NCBI GenBank assembly: GCA_965199955.1
Contig: CBDATQ010000002.1
Location: 928,001-992,000 of the forward strand
From: Spirochaetia bacterium
Lineage (GTDB): Bacteria > Spirochaetota > Spirochaetia > SZUA-6 > Bin103
Reading direction: 5' to 3'
DNA: 64,000 nucleotides
Part shown: one piece after another, positions 59,231 through 64,000 of the stretch
How the letters are laid out: each line of letters starts with the position of its first letter
Numbering within the stretch: position 1 is the first letter of the stretch
Made by a program: the position numbers and the translations under genes
The notes under the pieces: generated by a model
The model's database searches: none
What the model saw: the letters and a program-made list of their open reading frames with translations, nothing else
What the model was told of the DNA's origin: nothing

Positions 59231-60118
59231 ATGACCATCGATGCCGCGGATGTCCGCAAGCCGAAGCTGGGCTACCAGTACGAATTCGACGCCGACCGGC
59301 TCGACCGGATCGTCGCCTGCACCGCCGAGCACGGCTTCTGCGTCGCCAAGGAGGTACTGTCTCCCGCCATGGTCGACGTGCTGTGCAGCGAGGTGTGGCG
59401 GGTGGTTGACCCGGACCGCGCGCTCGGCCCGGGTGAGAGCCGCACCTATCACGCCTGGTTCGACGAGGCGGCCGCGGCGTGGGCGCTGCTCGACCACGAC
59501 CGCTTCATGAACCTGCCGCGCGCGCTGCTCGGCACCGGCGAGATGTGCCTCAACCGCTCGGCGGCGATCATCCGCCGGCCCGGCTCGGCCACGGTGGCCT
59601 GGCACACCGACTGGCGCGGGCAGACCGACGATCCGCCGCGGGACAGCGGGCAGGTGCTCAATCGTGGATCCTGGCCATCGGGGACCTGGTTCTACGTCAC
59701 CGGTTCGCGCCCCATTCACGGCGGCCTGTGCGTGATAGAGGACTCCAACCGCGTCGACTGGACCGGCCCGGAAGGATTCAGGCTCACCGCCGACCAGTAC
59801 ACGTTCGTCCGCGAAGATGCGGCCGAAGAGGAGCGCTACGCAGACTTCGACATCCCCGGCCTGGTGCCGTTGTTCACGGACCCCGGGGACTGCATCCTGT
59901 TCGCGGACCGCACCTTCCACGGCGCCTTTCCCAACCGCGAGGAGCGCACGCGGCTCTCCTGCGGCGTCGGATTCCGGAAACAGAGCGACGTGATCGACGC
60001 GCCCTGGGAGCTGCCGGCGACGGCGCGGGCGTTCGTGGACGCGCTGCCGGCGCGGCACAAGCGCTACGTGGACGGTTACACGGGCATCGACACGTCGTTC
60101 GGCCAGGCGATGAAGTAG
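59231..60118 (+). CDS. PhyH-family dioxygenase
   Basis: AWHTD, GGLCVI and PGDCILFADRTFHG...R. Confidence 0.85.
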   Translation: MTIDAADVRKPKLGYQYEFDADRLDRIVACTAEHGFCVAKEVLSPAMVDVLCSEVWRVVDPDRALGPGESRTYHAWFDEAAAAWALLDHDRFMNLPRALLGTGEMCLNRSAAIIRRPGSATVAWHTDWRGQTDDPPRDSGQVLNRGSWPSGTWFYVTGSRPIHGGLCVIEDSNRVDWTGPEGFRLTADQYTFVREDAAEEERYADFDIPGLVPLFTDPGDCILFADRTFHGAFPNREERTRLSCGVGFRKQSDVIDAPWELPATARAFVDALPARHKRYVDGYTGIDTSFGQAMK

Positions 60119-60129
60119 GATCACGCGCC

Positions 60130-61095
60130 ATGAAGGCGATAGTGATCGAGCAGAGCGGCGGTCCCGAGGTGCTCGCCTACCGGGACATCGAAGCGGGCGA
60201 GCCGGCCGCCGGCCGGGTGCGGGTGTTGGTCGAGGCGGCCGGCGTCAACTACATCGACACCTACCAGCGGAGCGGCCTCTACCCGATGCCGATGCCGTTC
60301 ACGCCCGGCGTGGAGGGAGCGGGCGTCGTCGACGCGGTGGGCGACGGGGTCACGGGCGTGGCCGCCGGCGACCGGGTGGTCTACGTGATGACGCCGGGCT
60401 CGTACGCCGAGCTGGCGCTGGTGCCGGCCGCGCACCTGGTCACGATCCCGGAGGGAATCACGACCGAGGCCGCGGGCGCCGCGTTCCTGCAGGGCCTGAC
60501 CGCCCACTATCTGGCCTGTTCCACCTATCCGTTGTCGTCATCGGCGACCTGCCTGGTGCTGGCCGCGGCCGGCGGGGTGGGGCTGCTCCTCTCACAGATC
60601 GCCAAGCGCCGCGGCGCCCGCGTGATCGGCTGCGTCTCTTCCGACGCCAAGGCGGAGCTGGCGCGCGGGGCCGGCTGCGACGAGGTGATCCGCTACGACC
60701 AGGTGGACTTCAAGGACGAGGTGATGCGCCTGACCGGCGGACGCGGCGTGCAGGTCGCCTATGACTCGGTGGCTCAGGCCACGTGGCAGCAGAGCCTGGG
60801 CAGCCTGGCGCCGCGCGGCTACCTGGTGCTGTACGGCAACGCCAGCGGTCCCGTGACCTCACTGGATCCGCACGTGTTGAACGAGGGATCGTACTTCGTC
60901 ACGCGGCCGACGCTCACGCACTACGTCCAGGAGGAGGGCGAGCTGCAGGCGCGCGCCGACGACCTGTTCGGCTGGATGGCGGCCGGCGAGCTGGATGTGC
61001 GCGTCCACAAGCGGTATCCGCTGCGCGATGCCGCGCAGGCGCACCGGGACATCCAGTCCCGCGCCACCAGCGGCAAGCTGCTGATCATCCCTTGA
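60130..61095 (+). CDS. qor: NADPH:quinone oxidoreductase (zeta-crystallin/MDR)
   Basis: GVNYIDTYQRSGLY, PGVEGAG, AAAGGVG and YDSV. Confidence 0.9.
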   Translation: MKAIVIEQSGGPEVLAYRDIEAGEPAAGRVRVLVEAAGVNYIDTYQRSGLYPMPMPFTPGVEGAGVVDAVGDGVTGVAAGDRVVYVMTPGSYAELALVPAAHLVTIPEGITTEAAGAAFLQGLTAHYLACSTYPLSSSATCLVLAAAGGVGLLLSQIAKRRGARVIGCVSSDAKAELARGAGCDEVIRYDQVDFKDEVMRLTGGRGVQVAYDSVAQATWQQSLGSLAPRGYLVLYGNASGPVTSLDPHVLNEGSYFVTRPTLTHYVQEEGELQARADDLFGWMAAGELDVRVHKRYPLRDAAQAHRDIQSRATSGKLLIIP

Positions 61096-61793
61096 CCCCG
61101 TTCCGGGCCTACCCGCCGCCGCCGGCGCACTACCGGAACGTCACGCTGCAGCTCGTGCCGTTCCGCGCGGCGCCGGAGGCGGTGCACCGCTTCCTTCCGG
61201 AGCCGCTGACCGCCGATCCGCAGGGCGCGTGCATGGCCGCCGGGATCGACGTGGGGTTCTGCACCAGCTACGGGAGCTTCCAGGAGGCGTTCCTGATGCT
61301 CGGCTGCCGGTTCGGGGACACGGCCGGCTGGTTCTGCTCGCACGTGCTGCACAACGGTCCGGCCGGGATCGCGGCCGGACGGGAGATCTACGGGACGCCC
61401 AAGGTGTTCGCACAGGTCACGGTGCGGCGGCACGGGCGCACGATGGTGACCGAGGCGCACCTGGACGGAGTGCGGGTCATGCGGATCGCCTCGACGGCGG
61501 ACCAGGTCGTCCCGGCCGGCGAGCTGCCCTCGCTGGCGCCGTCATGGCGGCTGAAGGTGATCCCACGTGCCGACGGCCCGGGCCCGGCACTCAGGCAGCT
61601 CATCGACTGCAGTGGCACGATGCAGGACCTGGCAGTCCGTTTCTCCGCGCGCGGGCGAGGCACGGTGACGCTGGAACCGGCCCCGGACTGCGACCTGACG
61701 GCGCTCGCGCCGGCGAGCTGCGGGGCGGCCGGCTACCTGGAGTGCGCTTACACGGAGGGCTACGCGGAGATCGCTCACGACTATCTGGCGTGA
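61092..61793 (+). CDS. Acetoacetate decarboxylase family protein
   Basis: AGREIYGTPK and LKVIPRADG. Confidence 0.88.
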   Translation: MTPFRAYPPPPAHYRNVTLQLVPFRAAPEAVHRFLPEPLTADPQGACMAAGIDVGFCTSYGSFQEAFLMLGCRFGDTAGWFCSHVLHNGPAGIAAGREIYGTPKVFAQVTVRRHGRTMVTEAHLDGVRVMRIASTADQVVPAGELPSLAPSWRLKVIPRADGPGPALRQLIDCSGTMQDLAVRFSARGRGTVTLEPAPDCDLTALAPASCGAAGYLECAYTEGYAEIAHDYLA

Positions 61794-61928
61794 GCGTCCG
61801 CTTGACCACTCTCGACGACGCGCGCGCGGATGGGCATGATCCGCGCTTCGCAGGCGGTCAATCGCTGGCTCGGGTGTGCCGAAAATGAGGACTGGGAATA
61901 GACCCGTGGCACCAGGAGGTAGACCTCG

Positions 61929-63401
61929 ATGACACGTGACGACACTCGAACGCACCTTGGTGGGCCGGCGCCGCTGGCTATCATCATGACGCTGGTGCTG
62001 CTGGGAGCGGTGGCGGCCGGTGCGCAGGAAACGGATCGGCACGACCGGTACTCGACGGCCGGCAACGCCATCGCCCCCAAGATCGCTCAGTCGACGACCT
62101 GGGGCATCGTCGATGCGGTATCCGGTCGCGTCGACACGGTGGGCTCGCTGCAGGCGACCATGGAACGCTTGGAGTCGTCCGAAATCGTGGAGTACGGCCT
62201 GCCGAAGCTCAGCCATCGCAGGCTGATCTCGTACGACGGTACGCCGTTGCTGATCGGCGAGGCGGGTGAGGTCAACGGAGCGGTCGGTACGCTCTGGGGA
62301 TTCGGCCTCACCGCGGGTGGAGACTACCGGAGCATGGGCAGCGGCCAGGGTGCGGAGGTCGGCTGGGACGGCGACGTGATCACCGGGCACCTGGGGTTCG
62401 ACATCCGGCCGGTCCGCGAGCTGCTGCTCGGTCTGACGGCGGGGGCGTCGCAGGCCACCACCACGTTCGAGGTGGACGGCCAGCGCGGTCTCCTCGACCA
62501 TCGCATGATCAGCGCATCCCCGTACTTCAGCTGGGTGCTGTTCCCGGGGATATGGTGGTGGGCCACCGCAACCTACGGCATCGGCGAAGCGGAGATGGCC
62601 GACAGGGATGAGCCGGGCGTCGCGCGTCCCCATGCCGGATCCTCATCGCTGCTGAGTGGCGCGCTGGGATGGAACGTCAACCTGATCGACACCCCGGGGC
62701 ACGATCCCGGCTCCCGCGTGGGCGTGGCGGTCAGAGGGGAAGGCTCCCTGAGTCACTTCAGGGTGGACTCTTCACGGGGCGACATGCCGGACCTGGAGAT
62801 GAACACGTGGCGCGGCCGCATCATGTTACAGGGGACCTACGAGCAGCCGTTCAACGACAGCGTGTACATGATCCCGACGCTCGAAGCGGGGGTGCGGTAC
62901 GACGGCGGCCAGGCCGCCAGCGGCGCGGGCGTCGAGCTCGGCGGCCGCTTCCGCTACGAGGATCAGTCGGTCGGCCTGACGCTGGAGGCGCACGGCCGCG
63001 CGCTGGTTCCGCTCGACGACACCTCGCGAGAGTGGACCGCCGGCGGGCTGGTTCGGATCTCCTCCGACCGCGACGGCTTCGGGCCGTTCCTGAACGTGAC
63101 GCCGAGCTTCGAGCCGATGGAATCCATCGCCTCCGTGCCGACCGCGGAGCTGACCTCCCGCCAGGGGCGCGTGGACGCCGAGCTGGGCTACGAGGGTCTG
63201 GAGGTGGACGGTGTGCCCGGCTTGTTGACGCCATACGGGGCTGTTACTCTTGCCGACGGCGGCACGTCGACCTATCGGTGGGGCAGCCGCCTGACGCTCA
63301 CCGACGGCTTGGCCCTGAACCTGGAGGCGCAGCACGAACGAGCCCACATCGCCGCGGCGACCGAGCACAGCGCCACCGTCAGCGCCAACCTGCGGCTGTG
63401 A
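61929..63401 (+). CDS. Autotransporter beta-domain outer-membrane protein with short passenger
   Basis: Signal peptide; amphipathic beta-strands; PTLEAGVRYDGG..ASGAGVELGG; SD AGGAGG. Confidence 0.8.
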   Translation: MTRDDTRTHLGGPAPLAIIMTLVLLGAVAAGAQETDRHDRYSTAGNAIAPKIAQSTTWGIVDAVSGRVDTVGSLQATMERLESSEIVEYGLPKLSHRRLISYDGTPLLIGEAGEVNGAVGTLWGFGLTAGGDYRSMGSGQGAEVGWDGDVITGHLGFDIRPVRELLLGLTAGASQATTTFEVDGQRGLLDHRMISASPYFSWVLFPGIWWWATATYGIGEAEMADRDEPGVARPHAGSSSLLSGALGWNVNLIDTPGHDPGSRVGVAVRGEGSLSHFRVDSSRGDMPDLEMNTWRGRIMLQGTYEQPFNDSVYMIPTLEAGVRYDGGQAASGAGVELGGRFRYEDQSVGLTLEAHGRALVPLDDTSREWTAGGLVRISSDRDGFGPFLNVTPSFEPMESIASVPTAELTSRQGRVDAELGYEGLEVDGVPGLLTPYGAVTLADGGTSTYRWGSRLTLTDGLALNLEAQHERAHIAAATEHSATVSANLRL

Positions 63402-63474
63402 GGGCAGAGCGAGCGGTGAAGGCGGTGCGCCCCCCGCTCGACGGATAGCGTCAGGACCGGAAGGCTCCGCGTCC

Positions 63475-63852
63475 ATGCCCGCCGACCGCCCGAAGCCGCG
63501 TGAGGTGGCCGTCTGCAAGCTTCAGGAGTTGCCGCCGGGCGCGCGCCGCGAGGTCGACGTGGGCGGCCGGCACGCCGTCTGCGTGTTCAACGTGGCAGGC
63601 GAGCTGGTCGCGCTGCGGAACCTCTGCCCACACCGCGGCGGCAAGCTCACCCGCGGATTCGTCGGACCCCTGGTCACCGGCGACGCGCCCGGCCGCTTTC
63701 GCTACGAGCGCGAGGGCGAGATCCTGCACTGTCCCACGCACCAGTGGGAGTTCGATCTGAAGACCGGCTGCGCGTTGCACGCCCCGCGCCTTTGTGCGAA
63801 GACCTACCGGGTGAGCGTGCGCGGCGATCAGGTCATACTGCACGCGCCCTAA
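63475..63852 (+). CDS. Rieske [2Fe-2S] ferredoxin
   Basis: CPHRGG and CPTHQWEFD. Confidence 0.92.
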   Translation: MPADRPKPREVAVCKLQELPPGARREVDVGGRHAVCVFNVAGELVALRNLCPHRGGKLTRGFVGPLVTGDAPGRFRYEREGEILHCPTHQWEFDLKTGCALHAPRLCAKTYRVSVRGDQVILHAP

Positions 63853-63876
63853 GGAAGACCAGCAGAGGGAGGGTTC

Positions 63877-64000
63877 ATGGCGATGACACCGAGCGCTACC
63901 GCCACCGACTCCGCCGTCGCCAATCGGCCGGCGGTCACGACCGCACAGGCAGCGGACGTCGCGCCCGCTCGCGCGCGCAAGGTGGCCCGGTACGTGGTCG
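63877..64000 (+). CDS. 5' end of an unidentified gene
   Basis: SD GGAGG, ATG and an open frame running to the window edge. Confidence 0.55.
   Translation, partial: MAMTPSATATDSAVANRPAVTTAQAADVAPARARKVARYVV

Noticed and set aside
61800..61925. Structured 5' leader of the autotransporter gene
   Set aside because: Only one GC-rich 8-bp stem, which is expected by chance at this GC content.

Overview
High-GC bacterial chromosomal window, probably from a diderm since it has an autotransporter beta-barrel gene. It is dominated by catabolic/accessory enzymes: several phytanoyl-CoA-dioxygenase (PhyH) family genes, Gfo/Idh/MocA and SDR oxidoreductases, sugar-phosphate isomerase TIM barrels, amidohydrolases and two mandelate-racemase/enolase-family genes. 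It also carries a modA / modB-modC molybdate transporter, oligopeptidase B, the 5' end of rtcB, and tRNA-Asn(GTT) and tRNA-Val(GAC). Scattered among these are A/T-richer, probably acquired genes. The two best candidates for undescribed defence functions are a stand-alone HsdR-N-type nuclease carrying a SeqA-C-like domain (26195-27376) and an ABC/AAA ATPase coupled to a small PD-(D/E)XK-like protein (39420-41338). There are three toxin-antitoxin loci (one intact, two decayed) and about 20 gene relics or deletion-fused chimeras. Other notable items are an amidohydrolase-class III aminotransferase fusion, an ECF sigma factor whose long C-terminal extension has its own Shine-Dalgarno and ATG, a one-base insertion fusing an (R)-transaminase-like gene to its neighbour, a REP-like hairpin, and a recurring leaderless-promoter signature. 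No rRNA, CRISPR array, integrase or prophage was seen. All family calls come from motif recognition by eye, not database searches.
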